In this document: positions 11,204 to 24,424 of the stretch, one piece after another | Layout: each line of letters begins with the position of its first letter | Numbering within the stretch: the first letter of the stretch is position 1 | From: Orbicella franksi | Taxonomy: Eukaryota | NCBI GenBank assembly: GCA_964199315.1 | Contig: OZ116706.1 | Coordinates: forward strand, 13,516,001 to 13,580,000 | DNA: 64,000 nucleotides | Reading direction: 5' to 3' | Made by a program: the position numbers and the translations under genes | Notes under the pieces: generated by a model | What the model saw: only the letters and a program-made list of their open reading frames with translations | The model's database searches: none | Told to the model about the DNA's origin: nothing

Positions 11204-14200
11204 GTGTTTTCTGCTTTAAACAGGTCACGTCTTTACATAAATATTCTCTCCACTTCTTATACTTATTTTTGGCTGACTGGGCGAAAGGAGGCCCTTGGTG
11301 TTCAAGGAATTACCAATAGCAAGTTTGCTGAGATATTGCTCCATCAAAACCTCGGCATTGCTACGGATCGAGATTACAATAGATCAAGTGAGCTTGTGCT
11401 CCCAGGGACTACAACATCGACACAAGGTAAGACTTCTCAAGATAACTTCAAGAATGAATTTAAATTTTGTGTGTCTTTCACACTATTTAAGCAAGCTTTC
11501 TTTCCTGTTTTAATTCAAGTCATCGTAAGAGCAAGCATTTCCAGTTTGTCTTGGGGAAATATTTATAATGTAAATGTGTGACAAATGACTGATGCTGCTT
11601 TATTTTTGACTTTCACAGGAAGAAGGCAGTTGTTTTTTCAGTTGACCCCAATGGAAACAGCTGGTACCATCAGTGAAATACCAGTTTCCTCTGTACTGTT
11701 CAGCAGTGCTGCAGACAACACATCTGTTAGCAAGTAAGTGTTTGTCTTGAACTTTGAACATACTAATGGTTGCATGCATGTTTGAATGTTCATCGCATAC
11801 AAAGACAGTGCAATGATTTTCGGAAATCACACATGAGAAGTAAAAATCATTTCGTTATTTTACCGTATGTTCAGCAGTGAAGTCGACATAACTGTTACCT
11901 CAACACTTAGATCCCAGGATCAAGAAGAACCAACAGGGCACCAGACTCTCCTGGATAAAATGATGACATGGAATCCTGGCTTTTCTTCCATGGAAGGAAA
12001 TTTGCACTCAGAAGCGGTCAACGAAGAGGAGTAAGGGAGTTTCCTCACTATTGTTACTTGTGTTATATTGGACTGTATCTGTTATCATCTTAGTTGTACC
12101 CTTTTTGTTCTTAGGCTTGAGCAAACATATCTATCAGTGTGTTTTTGCTAAAGCTAATGCTTGAAAGCCAGATAGTGTGTTGGCATACAATATTCTTTAC
12201 TCCCCTCATTTCAATTTGAATTTCAAATGATTTATTAATGATATTCAGAACTGTTGATCATATGAAAGTGTGTGCTTTTTTATATTTCATATTTTCTACC
12301 TGTTTTGCCTTGATCGCTCACACACTGTAATATTTGTAGCTCCTGGGAGTACAATAAGTTGTAATTTCCAGTGTAAAAGATATATTCCAAAGTTTAGAGG
12401 TCCACTGCGAACTGTTCTGGCAAAACCCAATTTGAATCCAAACCACTCGAATTAGAGTCCAGCAAACTAAACCATAAGGCACTATAGTTCCATGTAGGTT
12501 TGCTGTTGCCATTGAAGTACTGGTAAACATGAATCTATTCTCGTCCCTGATAAAAATGATATATTTACTTTTAGCATTGCAGTTAATTCACCACTTTGGT
12601 AAAACAAAATGCAGATTTTGTAATTGTTGTATCTTCTGTTGTTCACAAACATTTTGTTGTTTCAGATCTGATGGTGAGTACGCTATTGATTTGAGTAGCG
12701 GTGAAGATTCAGACGATGTCAGTGAAGTAGAGGCTGGGTTGGATAGTGAGGTGGATGGGGATTAAAGTGACTCAGAAGATGGTTCAAGTGAAGAGGATTC
12801 GAGTCTTGATTCCTTCCAACTGGATCATACACAGTAAGTTATCACACTGTAGTTTTTTCGTGTTGTCAATCTCACTGACCTTTGGTAAAATGTAATAAAT
12901 ATATTAACATTCATAGTTCATATAGATCTTTCGCAGTAATAGCAGTTGTTAAAACTGAATGACAACTCTGATTGTTTGTTACTTGTTATTTGCAAGTTCT
13001 TGAAAACACAAATCGAACAGAATGACGCCACAAAACACAAGTTTCTACTTACTGTTCCCTGGGAAAAGAGATTAACAGTATAAATACATGTACTGGTATA
13101 TTGTTATCATTTTAATTCTTGTTACAGGTTTTCATCTGCAATGGATGGTGGTTCATTGACAGCCCTTGAAATAGATCCTGAACTTGAGCCAGAACCGGAA
13201 CCCTTGCCAGAGTTAGACACTAAACCCTCCACAAGCCTCCCAGAGTTTGGCTCAATGACTTCTGATGACTACCAAAACAACAGGAAAAGGAGAGTAAGCA
13301 CTGGCATAGAAGAGCTTCTATTTGTTAACGAAAATATGCAGAAATTCCTCGAATATGTTCAGGCACACAAAGTCATTGTTGGGGTTGAGAAAATCATGGA
13401 ACTCTTTGAGGGACAGTGTAGTGAAGTTGGTTGCGATGGAATGTGGAAAGTTGTTGTTGAATATTACAACCATTAATATGAATCTAGACATGACAACACT
13501 CATTAGTTTCACAGCTGGGTTCAGGCAAAGGCCACAGCCTTTTTTAGTCGATTGAGTAACTTTATTGCAAAGTCACGAGACTATAGCAAACCAGTAAAAT
13601 TCCACCACGTACTTTAGAGTAAAATAACTGTGGTATTGCTCAATACCTAGTATGTAACCTAGTTTCGGATCTAGTGTACATCAGCATCATTCTAGCAATA
13701 GTGCAATAGCTATCTATTATTCGCACTTTTCAAGTTACCAGCATTAGCTTTCCCGCCCACCCACTTCCATGGCAGTAATGATTTTCGTTGTGTTTATAAT
13801 CTTTGTAATTTATGTATTTATAATTATCTTGTATAGGCTCTCGATGGGCCTTTAGTTTTATCGTAGTTTATTTGAAGATTGTAATCAGCAGAATCATTTT
13901 CCATGTTGCTTGTATGTGTAGGATTAAAATAACTGCCTGATCCCAATCATGTGGTTCGAGAGTGAGTTTCCGTGTTTAGGAGAAAAATTAGAGGCTGGGG
14001 TGTTGCTTATTACACATAGGTGTAGTGAGGGGCATAATGGTATTTGGAGTTCTTCGGCTGTGTTGGGTGAAAAACGGGGTCAAGAAATTTGTGTCATCAG
14101 TATATTGTTGGCTTCTTCAGTTCTAATTACAGGAAACAATTTTCAAAAAGGTTTCTCTTCTAGCCAAAAAGTAAGAATTTGCATTATGTGACCTCTAAAA

Positions 14201-15008
14201 CCTTCAAGAGGATTCAAAATTTGTATGCTCTGCCTAGCATCAGAGAGCTTTGGGACAAAATGAAGGAGGATATTTGGAAGGTGTTTGAAAATGATATTCT
14301 TGTAGCTTGCGGTGATGGGAGAATGCATTCCCCAGGGTTCAGTGCCAAGTACTGCGTGTACACTGTGATGGAGTACTATCTGAATGTTATTGTGGATATT
14401 GAGGTTATTGACACGCGTGAAGCAGGGGGCTCCTCGAGACTGATGGAGAAGATGGGTTGTAAAAGGCTTTTGGAACAAATGATGCACAGCCTCAACCTTG
14501 GAGAGCTTGTAACAGACGCCTCGAAAGTGATCATGAAGATGGTCAGAGAACTGAAAGGTACAATTATACAAAATTATTATCTCACTGTTATCAGGTAAAA
14601 TTCTGTGTGTATGTATATTTTGTTGAGTTTTTCTTCGTTGGTGTCCCTTATCTTAAATAGTTTATACCTTTTTGTCCAAGAACTAAATATGGGAAGAAAC
14701 AACCAAGAACAGTTTCTCGGTATCAGACTTATCTGAAGTTTATCATTGTTATTGTCCCTGCAATGTCCTTATTCCGTGTTTTTTACTTTGAGTGTTTTAT
14801 CAAATGCAGGGCTCTAAAAAGGGGAAGGGGATTAAAGGGGTATGTAAATTGTGTTTTATTGACAACAGTTTAGTTACATATTTGAACACAGTATTTAGTA
14901 TCATTATTGTATTTTCCTCCAGAGGCAAACTGTGAAGTCCTAGCAAACTTTTCCACTCCCTTGATATATGGCATAAATCCATTAAGCTGACTGCCAAGAT
15001 ATTTGCCG
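11204..15008 (+). pseudogene. Kolobok-type transposase, multi-exon, degenerate
   Basis: RLYINI...FAEILL N-terminal motif; acidic exons; CSEGH..WSSS; ACGDGRMHSPGFSAKYCVYT; LVTDAS; a separate exon HSLDIWHKS followed by a GTAAGT donor. Confidence 0.8.
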
Positions 15009-15069
15009 TAAGTGTTTAGACTGTTGTTGTAAATATTGATACATGACTGATATGTTAAACTGAATGAGT

Positions 15070-15364
15070 GAGAGGTGCAGTGGCCTTATGCTTAGTTGCT
15101 GGACTCTGATTTGAGAGGTTTGGATTCAAGCACTGGCTAGGGTATTTTTTTTCTTGGACAAGTCACTTCACTATCATAGTGCCTTTCCTCACCCAGGTTT
15201 TTAAATGGGTACCAGCAAGTTTTTTATATATAGATTAGAAAAGCTTTGCTGGACTAGTATCCCCCTCAAGGAGGAGTAGCAATACCTCTAGTTGCTTCAT
15301 GCTTAGGAAACAAGAATAAGCTCCAAACTGCTGGGCAACTTGGCCCAAATGCAGACTTAACTTT
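15070..15364 (+). mobile_element. tRNA-derived SINE, decayed full-length copy
   Basis: A-box-like GTGGCCTTATGCTTAG and B-box-like GGATTCAAGCAC, central CTTGGACAAGTCACTT...CACCCAGG...AAATGGGTACC, tail GCAGACTTAACTT. Homologous to 26385-26518. Confidence 0.8.
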
Positions 15365-15459
15365 GTTTGTGAGGTAAAACTATGATTTTAAAACGATTCC
15401 TTAGGTTCGTCAAAATTTGGAATATTTTGCCAAGCAATGACTTAGAACTCTGGCACAAT

Positions 15460-16473
15460 TTTGTTTTGGCATGCTCCTATTTATGCTCATCAGTAATAAC
15501 AGACGCTGAAGCAATGTTGGCTCATTCATACCTTTTATAGTTTTGCAAGGGTTTTCAAGGGTTGTATGGGAAGGAAATGGTAACTCCAAATATGCATCTG
15601 CATACGCATCCTCTAAACTGTGTCCTAGACTTTGGACCTGTGTATGCCTTTTAGTTGTTAAGCTCTAAACGCTACAATGGCATTCTTGGGGACTATAGCA
15701 CAAATCAATGGGCAATTGAGATACAGTTGATGAGGGAATTTACTACAAATCAGTTTATGAAAGACATTCCCCTTCCAATTGTCTTTCGAGAAGTTATCCA
15801 CCCACTGATAGCAAGACTAACCTCAGAGCAATCAGGAGGTCTACAAGAGCAAACTATATTGTTGAACGTGATAACATATTTTCACAACTCATCCATGTTA
15901 GTCTCCTCCCTATTGGACCCTTGCAAAAAGGTGGCCACTGGGCCTGTGCTGACTCTCTATACACATGCTATGGACCCTTTTCTCAAGATTGTTTAGATGC
16001 CGATACCCTTGTTCATCTCAAGAAATGTTACGGTGCTATTTTTGATGAAATAGGTGAAGAGTCTGTTACAACGATTTGCTTCCTGTAGATTTAATGGAGA
16101 CCTATTTGGATCAAGTAAATCTAGAGGTGATAGATCTTAGCACGATAGTGCAAAACCTGGGGACAAAATTGATGACTCTGGAAGTGACTTACGACCTGGA
16201 ATTGTTGACTTTTATATGAAGCGGAATATACGAGTTAAGGGTTGTTATGTGCCCTGCATACTGGCTTTGGTGCATTGGTTTCAAGCACATCCTGCAAGAA
16301 ATTCATTAGGGGCTCCAATCGAGGTCTGGTGCAAAGATCTCTTTAAACCTGAAGGAGATGCAAGTTTCATCCCTGTTTAGAGAATTTATGGCTAGTTTAT
16401 TCCAGCACTTGACATTGTTTCAGACGAAAATGTCCTTGTGGTTTGCACTCTTTCACGGAAGCTGCACTGCTAA
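15460..16473 (+). pseudogene. CACTA/EnSpm-type transposase C-terminal half
   Basis: LYGKEMVTPNMHLH, DFGPVYAF, RYNGILG..TN...EIQLMR, RPGIVDFY, ALVHWF and ASFIPV; stops present. Confidence 0.82.
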
Positions 16474-16519
16474 ATAATGTGATATTTTCATTACCATTGT
16501 CTTGTTTTACTATTAATCA

Positions 16520-17520
16520 TATCTATAACAAAATTTTCGATTGTGATTGGTTCTCCGTGTGCCTATTTGTCACGTAATCGGCGCGCGATCATGTGGGTGT
16601 CCAATTACAGGTATCCAATTTGAACTTTTTCTAATTGGAAACCCACGTGACTTGCACGTCAATTACACACATGTTAATGGCTTCCTTTACACGGTTTCCT
16701 ACAGTTTCAAAACTTATGAAAAGCGTTACAGACATTTTCGCTCAAAAGAAGTTTCAAAAGCCATTTTTAATTCCGAAATTTGTTATAGCTACAATTGATC
16801 AGTAATTGGATCTCATGTCATACAATTCAGGGAGTAATCGTGCTCATAATTTCAAACAGGCCTCATGCTTTATGGTCATCCGATTTTGAAATTACCCGCA
16901 CGATTACTGTAACGGCACCCGTGTGCCTTTTGTGTCACGTCTGTCTCGTTTGCGTGACGATTCGAGTTTGCGTCATTACTTACGTCATTACTTCCCAGCA
17001 TGTCAGCTTTGTTAGTTTTAGTAGTTTCGACCACGCGGTACCCTTGTAGCCCGGAAAGGCTTAAGTTTTCTGTCATTTCTCCCGTTGTATTTTCTCCCTT
17101 TTGTTCTCTACCGCTGATGGCGGTATGTTACTTCAGTTTTGACAGTTTTACTCTGGAATTAAAGTTGTTCAAGCCACATGGGCCTTTGTTGTTTCTTTCA
17201 CAAGCACTCAGGCCAGTACAATTACTCCCTGAATTGTACTCCACTCGGTGCAGTTACTATTACTAATTGTAACAATAACAAAACTCCTGATCATAACTGG
17301 TTCTCCATGCACTTATTTGTCACATAATCATTGCATGATTGCGTGGGTGTTCAAATAAAGGTGTCTAATTTGAACTTTTTTAATTGGACACCTGTAATTG
17401 GATACAAACTTTTTTGCTTAAATGAAGTTCTCGAAAGACATTTTTATTTCCAAACTTTGTTATAGATGACACAATTACTCTGATTTGTTCTCCACTTGGT
17501 CCAATTACCATTACTCAACA
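16520..17520. repeat. Two related interspersed repeats with a large palindromic core
   Basis: Arm TACAATTCAGGGAGTAATCGTGC..TAATTTCAAA pairs with TTTGAAATTACCCGCACGATTAC[insertion]TCCCTGAATTGTA. The block GATTGGTTCTCC...TATTTGTCAC...TTTGTTATAG recurs at about 16545 and 17295. Confidence 0.65.
16908..17220 (+). mobile_element. Solo LTR, 313 bp
   Basis: TGTAAC...AGTACA ends, 5-bp TSD ATTAC (16903-16907, 17221-17225), internal ATTAAA. Confidence 0.88.
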
Positions 17521-18183
17521 GGCAACTTCCATGAATTAAAGAACAATTAATACATGTGTATTGGTAACTTTTTAGCATACATGTGAGAGACAAACAGTCT
17601 CAAGTCAGCTCTTACTGTGTTTATTTGTACATGTATGTAGGTTGCATGAAAAATAATATTGGCACTGATACAATTCTTATACAAAATGTCTGTTTATACA
17701 TTTGGACTAATTTTTGGGGAATAAAAATAAGCAGGCCAAAACATGATCAGCTGGTGGAAAATAGACTTCTTCCAGAGGTTAGTCAGCAACTGCAAGTTTT
17801 ACAGAGATTCTTCCATTAAAAAATTGAATGGTATCAGATGAATTTTTGTATGTGCCACAAAGGAACAGCAAGAGCTAGAATGACCAAAAAACCTGATTAA
17901 AGGTTATCAAGAAATATGTGGAAATACCATTATCCTTACTTATGCATCCCTGGCTTTTCTGTGCTGCATGTACAATTTCTACTTTTCCTAGCAGAAAGAT
18001 GAAAGTGGAGTCTTTAGATTTGAGATCTTTTAATTAAGAGTCTAAACTTTCACCTGCAGAGAGTATTAGTTGATAAGTTAAGCTGAACATCTGGATTCAC
18101 ACCTGCTATTGAAGTGATGTAGATCGTTAGTTTATTATCAATCAATTTCACGAATTTGTCAGGTTGTTGGAGTACAAGTACTG

Positions 18184-18915
18184 GGGAGCTCTCCATTCGA
18201 CCAAAAATTCCGAGATTTCCGGTCCGAAATTGAATGGAACGGTAAAAATTCCGGGAAAAGTTTTTGAAAATTTAGGAATACCTTTTGAGTGCACCCTCTT
18301 AGATGGAATTTCCGGAATTATGGAAAATTTTGTTTCATTCGCAAGAGATATCGGGTTTAGTCTCCCTACTGAGCGTGAGCTCACGTGGACACTTGAAAGA
18401 GCAATAATGGCGGGCGGAGCAGCGTATCAATGCTCAGCGTGTGGCTTTGTGTCAAACGATTTCAGTCTTTTTCTACAGCATCAATGCAGCAATTTGTTGC
18501 CAGTTGGAATCCACCCAGTGTGCATTATTTCTTGTGTCAATAACTGACACGTTTCCTTAGTTATCCGGAAATGGTTTTCGAACTCCCCCGACAAATACGC
18601 TGGAGTAGTTACTTCAAAGTACCCATTTACACGAGTTAATTCCCTCCGCATAAAGCAGGCAACTGCAGCCAGAAGTATTACGTCGTCGTTGCTATCGAGA
18701 ATGGTATAACTTATTGTTTCACAGTCATCCTGCTCTAAAGCTGCAAAAATGTTCAAAAAGTCCGCCATTTTAAAACACCACAAATTTTCACCCAGCATCC
18801 CCTGCATTGCAGAGCACGTGACTTCGAATTCTGGGAAGCGGTTGGACGCGTTCCATTCGACCGGCAAAAATTCCGAAAACTTGAACCGGTGACTTTTGTT
18901 GAATGGAAAGCGCCC
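18184..18915. mobile_element. PIF/Harbinger internal-deletion derivative
   Basis: TIR GGGAGCTCTCCATTC / GGGCGCTTTCCATTC with 3-bp TSD CTG. The minus strand carries a Harbinger transposase N-terminus (YFEVTTPAYLSGEFENHFRITKET). Confidence 0.85.
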
Positions 18916-19192
18916 CTGGTATACGAATCCAGGAGCACGATTTAATTTTATTCTCCTTTAACTTCATGTGGATAATAGGTGGATTTTTTTTCTTTTTTCT
19001 TAGTTATATTTCACCTTTTTTGGCCTTGTAATTGGCATGAACATAGGAATGGATCAGAGCTACAGAAATAAAAGTTTTTATTGCATAGTTCCAGAAAATA
19101 TCCCCACCCCCACCCCTCTAGAAATTACAAGTACGCTTCTTAAATATCTTTAAATGTCTTGGTCTTGAGGACCCCCACCCCACCCCATCCCC

Positions 19193-19395
19193 TGTAGTGG
19201 AATCATGGGACACAAATAAGGTCACGTGACAGAGCACATGGAACAAAGTCGAGATCGAGCGAGGGGAACCGAGATCTTCTTCATGCATTTCGCGAGTATC
19301 GAGTATTGTCGGAACTTCCTGTTTCTTGTTCAGAATATAAGTTGCGTTTCTACATTTTGTCTACATGTCAGCTAATTCCCCCAACAATGTCTACA
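19193..19395 (+). repeat. Gypsy 5' LTR
   Basis: TGT...ACA ends. About 17 differences from the 3' copy over about 187 aligned bases, counted by eye. Confidence 0.9.
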
Positions 19396-19397
19396 AG

Positions 19398-19408
19398 TGG
19401 TGGAGAAT
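19398..19408 (+). promoter_or_regulatory. Primer-binding site (tRNA-Ala-like)
   Basis: TGGTGGAGAAT, 2 nt after the LTR, complementary to a tRNA 3' end ATTCTCCACCA. Confidence 0.7.
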
Positions 19409-19426
19409 CCAAATCTCGTAGAATTC

Positions 19427-19968
19427 ATGCCAACAATCGAAGAACTTCAAGGAGTCGCAGCTGGACTCATCAGCGTTGTGAAAGACCTAACTGCAAATGT
19501 TTCTCAAGTCACTCAAACAGTCGGCAACATGGCGGAAGCAGCTCCTGCAGCGCCTCATCACGACCATAATCAAGGCCTTTGCATACCTTCCATGCAACTT
19601 CCATCATTTCGTCGAGATTCTGTGGTTCAAGACGACATATCCGAATTCCTGGAGCGATTCACCCAGCAAACATTGCATCTCCATGTTGAAAAACGCTTGT
19701 CGTTTCTGGAACAACGTTTTTGCGACTGGCCAAGGTCAGTGTTGTCAATTGCCAAAACTACAGAAGGCTATGCAGAAAAAGCGGCAGAGGAATTCGGTGA
19801 ATCCAAAGAAGACAAGTGCTGCCGATTAGCAGTCGAGTAGAGCGCTATCCAGCAAGAGCGTGGCGAATCAGTGGAGCAATTCGCGTTCAAATACAAGAAA
19901 TTGTTGCATCAACTGGAGAAACTTGGTGAAAAGATTGTGAAAGATTGCCCCACCTTTGTGATTTCTGT
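19427..19968 (+). pseudogene. Gypsy gag 5' part
   Basis: LPSFRRD...DDISEFLERF and QERGESVEQFAFKYKKLL capsid-like motifs; ends abruptly at the L1 junction. Confidence 0.75.
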
Positions 19969-22570
19969 TTTATTTGTTTTTTGCGTTTTGCTGACAGCAG
20001 CCAGCTGTTCCAGTTCTTTTTCTAGTGAGGCAATTTTTTCTTCTAACTCATGCTGTTTATGCAAAGTTTTATGCTTTTTGGCAGCAGCGAAGCCAAGATA
20101 TTTCTCCTGAGTTTTAAGTTTCATCATATCCTAAAGAAGCGCGGGCTTTATTGACTCATCGTTTTTCGTATTTGTTCTGTGTTTCATGGATAGTTAACCA
20201 TCAATGTAATCCTTATTGGCCAGAAGGGATGTGTTGAGTTTCCAAAAACCAGGCCCTCTTGGGTTTGAGTGAAGAGATATATTTAATGTGATCATTGAGT
20301 GGTCGGTCTTAAAGCCCGGTAGAATATTTGCAGAGATAACGCTACCCAGCAAACTCTGACTTGTTAAGAAGAAATCTAGTCTACAGCGGACAGTAGGCTG
20401 TGTTTGGCGCCAAGTATACCTTTTTCTTCGGGGTTCAATATTCTCCAGGCATCAACAAGATCAAGGTTATCGCATATCTCAAGGATGGTTTTTCTGCGTT
20501 GTGATGTGTTTTGGGCAGGCCCCCTTTTTTATCTTTCTCTACATCAAGAACGAGATTGAAATTGCCTCCAATGATGATTTTGTCTCCTTCGAAATCTTGA
20601 AGGTGATCGAGGAGATTTTTAAAGAAAGCAGGATTATCTTCGTTTGGAGCGTAAATATTTGTTAACGCTATACTCTTTCCATTTGTTTTTAAGTCACACA
20701 AGATAAAGCGCCCTGAATCATCGATATAGGTTTTCATAATTTGAAGATCAAGGTTATTTAAAAAAGAATGCTTACGCCAGCTTTGCTGCTAGAAAAAGAG
20801 CTGAAAAGGCTTTTGTACCCCCATTCAGTAGCCCATAGGCGAGAATTTTCTTGCAAACAATGTACTTCTTGCAACATGTAAATCGAATATTTTTTAGATC
20901 CGAGCCAATTAAAAGTTTCTCTTCTTTTAGCGTTATTCCCAAGGCCCCGTACATTGAGAGAAGCTACAGTGATAGTATTGTTATCTGTTTTGTATTGAAA
21001 TAGTAGGAGATACAATGGATATCTGCCCTGCTTGATTATTCGACAATAACAGCGTTATGGCCGGATGAAAATGTTTTGCATACAGTTCACAAGTTGCATT
21101 TTTTAAGCTTTGAAAGAAATTGTAAGCGCAAAATGCAGAAATATTTTTAGCGAGGTAGTTTATATCACAATGCATACTGGAGTTGACAAAACAGCATTGT
21201 AATAATACGAAGAGCAAGCTGGTGACATGAAAACACAAACAGTTACATATAAACATACTAAAGCGCGAGTATTAAGCAAGTAAAAAAAATAAAGCATAAA
21301 CAAAAATATAAAAAATCCTAATCATTTTGGGCTTCAAGTGACTAGCGGGCACAAAAGGTGAAAACCAGATCGAGTAATTATTGTTGGACAGCTAAGCCGC
21401 CTGCCACCCAAGATTTATAAATAGAGAAAGTAAAGTTCTGAGGTATAATTATTAAACACAGTTACCCATCTGCCTCTTCTGCTGCATCTAGACGTTTACC
21501 CGGAGGCCAGAATTTGCCATTGATAAACAACTTGTCAGGCTGGCTCTTGCTGAAAGATGCCCTCATGCCTTGTCATTGTGCTTCTTTGAAAACTGCCATT
21601 TGATCTTTCCGGCGCTTGATGATTTTCAATGGAAGATCGCAGAACATTTGGATATCAGTCTCTTCTAGTCGTCGGCCTAAAGAGAAAATTTCCTCAACAT
21701 CTTTATATCGAAGAGGTCTGGCAATTATAGGACATGAAGCTGTGTCGCTATTCCGTTGGGTTGTTAGACGGTGTACACGTTGGATTTCAATGCTGCGGGC
21801 ATTGCGGTAGCCAAGGTCTCATTCCATAAAATTTCTTAACACTTCTTTGGTATCTTCTTCTTGTACTTCTGGGACATTAAAAAATTTGATATTCTCTCTC
21901 CTGAAATAAGCTTCAAGGTATAGGTTCTTGGAGGTGATGTCGTTTATTTGGTCGGTGAGCTTTCTCTTGCTCTCAGTCAGAGAGGTTATTCTTTTATTTT
22001 GCTCCTCCATCTGTTTCTTTAATGCATCTCGATGTTCCTTACACTTGTTGCCATTGAAACTGCAAGACTTCTTTAATTCTGCTATATCGTTTTTACCCAT
22101 TCCTTCAAACTCTTCAAGCTTGGCTGTTCTTGCTTTGAGGTTCGCCAAATTGGCTTCAACATTTCTGACGGAGCTTTCAATTGAATCAAGCTTACTCAGT
22201 CTTGCGATGATGGAGTTTAGTTGTTCTCCAAATTGTTCAATTTTGCTGAGAGTCTCGATGATTTCATTGTTTGCCTCGTAGTCCCTGTTTGTGTTCTCGT
22301 CTGCTGTTTCTGCAAGATCTCTGAGTTTTTTTGCTTCATGCAAAGGTGAAATCTCGTCTCCAGAACTTGTAGACGATCTATTTCTGCGTTTTCTGATAAG
22401 ATTAGACAATTTTTCGGCCATAAAAATCTTTTGGAAGGCGGACGGTTTTAGCATGCTCCTACTCCGCCATCACTCAGTCCTAGTCCACTGCAAAGACTTC
22501 AAGAAGCTTCGCGTGGAGCAGACTTCAGTTCGTTTGTTCAAAGGGTCTCTGTGTTAACTGCCTCCTTCCT
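19969..22570 (-). mobile_element. L1/Tx1-clade LINE: 5' UTR, ORF1 and ORF2 endonuclease region; 3' half missing
   Basis: ORF1 from ATG 22421 has a coiled coil, RRENIKFFNVPE, IQRVHR and PIIARPLR. ORF2 has SLNVRGL, MLQEVH, TNIYAPN and IIGGNFN, then LEEKIASLEKEL. Confidence 0.9.
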
Positions 22571-24424
22571 GGCCATTTTGTGAGAGAGTGCCTCAAGTCA
22601 AGTTTCTGTAAGATTTCCGGATGTCAATCCAAGCACTCCACATATCTCGAGAACCTGAGGAGACATCGCGTCGAGAGAATACTAATGAGCATGAGGTTTC
22701 AGCACCAGACAGCAATGCTGTAGGCAACGCCCAAAGCAACTTCATCAGCGCCGATGGTCAGTGTCCTTCAATTGGGGCCGGCAAATCAGCTACTGCCTTA
22801 CCAATAGTTCCTGTAAGGGTTAAGGCTAAAGGATCAAATAGATCAACTGTAACCTACGCCGTTCTCGATAGCGGCTTTAATACCACATTCTGTTCCAACA
22901 AGCTCGTGGAGACTTTGGGCATTGAAGGGGACAAGACGCGACTTTCCCTTACTACCCTCGGCAAGCAGAACTGCATAACGAGCTGCAATCTCTTCAGTCT
23001 GGAAGTATTTGATCTGGATGAGAATTACTTTGTTGATCTTCCGTCCGTGTTTTCAGTACCGAGCCTACCCGTGAGTAATGACAGTATTCCGACTCGAGGA
23101 TGTGATCAGCTTCCCTTACCTCGGAGATCTTCAAATCCGAACGATTGATTTGGATATTGGCTTGCTTATTGGATGTGACGTTTCAAAGGCCCTGGAACCT
23201 CATTAAACTCGTGTTAGTCAAGGCCAAGGCCCATTTGCCACTCGAATGATATTTGGTTGGACAGTGAATGGTCCCTTGGTGAAAATGGGCCAGCCTCAGC
23301 CAGCGTGCAACTTTGTAAAGGCCGACGAAGAACTTAGCCAGCAGTTTCGCACGTTCTGCGGCTGGGAATTCTCGGATTCCATTTGCGTCAGCAAACCAGC
23401 AATGTCTAAAGAAGACAAGCGTGCACTATCAATCACGAAGGAGTCGATCTGTTTGAAGGAGGGTCACTACCAGATAGATTTACCCTGGAAAGACGATGTG
23501 CTCTGTTTACCAAACAATCAAGCAATGGCAGAACACCGTTTGAAGTTACTGCGCAGAAGGTTATTTAAGAACCCAGACCTGCGTTCGAATGGTACCCCAG
23601 ACTCCACTGGAACACACCACCAGTGTAACATGGTACTTACCTCACCACCCTGTCGTGAACCCAAACAAGCCAGACAAGGTTCGTGTAGTGTTTACTGTGC
23701 CGCACGATACAACAGGGTGTCCCTTAACTCTCAGCTTATGCAGGGTCCAGACCTAACCAACACCTTGGTGGGAGTTCTGATTCGCTTTCATGTAGAGCCC
23801 ATTGCCATAATGTCTGACATCAAAGGAATGTTCCACCAGGTGCGTGTCAGCCCCAAGGATTGTGATGCTCTCCGCTTCCTATAGTGGCCGGAAAACGATT
23901 TCAGTAAGGATCCAGAAGATTACCAAATGTTGGTTCATTTATTTGGTGCCACCTCGTCCCCAAGTTGCGCTAATTTTGGCTTAAAGCAGACGGCAGATGA
24001 TAATCAAGAAATGTTCAGCAAAGAGGCAGTGAGAACTCTAAGGCGCAATTTCTATGTGGATGATTGTTTGAAGTCCATCAAAGGCGAAACCAAGGCAATA
24101 TCACTGGTATCAGAACTTCGCACACTGCTTTCCAAAGGGGGATTTCGGTTAACCAAATGGATTTCTAACTCCAGAAAAGTCATTGAGTCTGTACCTACAT
24201 CAGAAAGAGCAGTCTCGGTGAAGGATCATCTCCTCAACCAATAGCGTCTTGCACTATTACTAAAAATAGATTTTGTCACGTGAGATCCCATGAGACCCCC
24301 CACACAGACTCAGACAAACATTTCGATCTGCCAAAGGCATATGTATGTGCGAGGGCTGCAAGAGTGAAACAAAAATGAAGAAAATTTGGTGAAATCATGG
24401 AGTTAATAATTAGAGGGACAAAAA

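Noticed and set aside
13450-13980. Solo LTR interrupting the Kolobok exon
   Set aside because: An insertion is likely, since coding motifs flank it, but I could not find a CA end or a TSD, so it is left unclassified.
15070-15150. tRNA gene
   Set aside because: Decayed A/B boxes continue into a SINE body; no intact cloverleaf.
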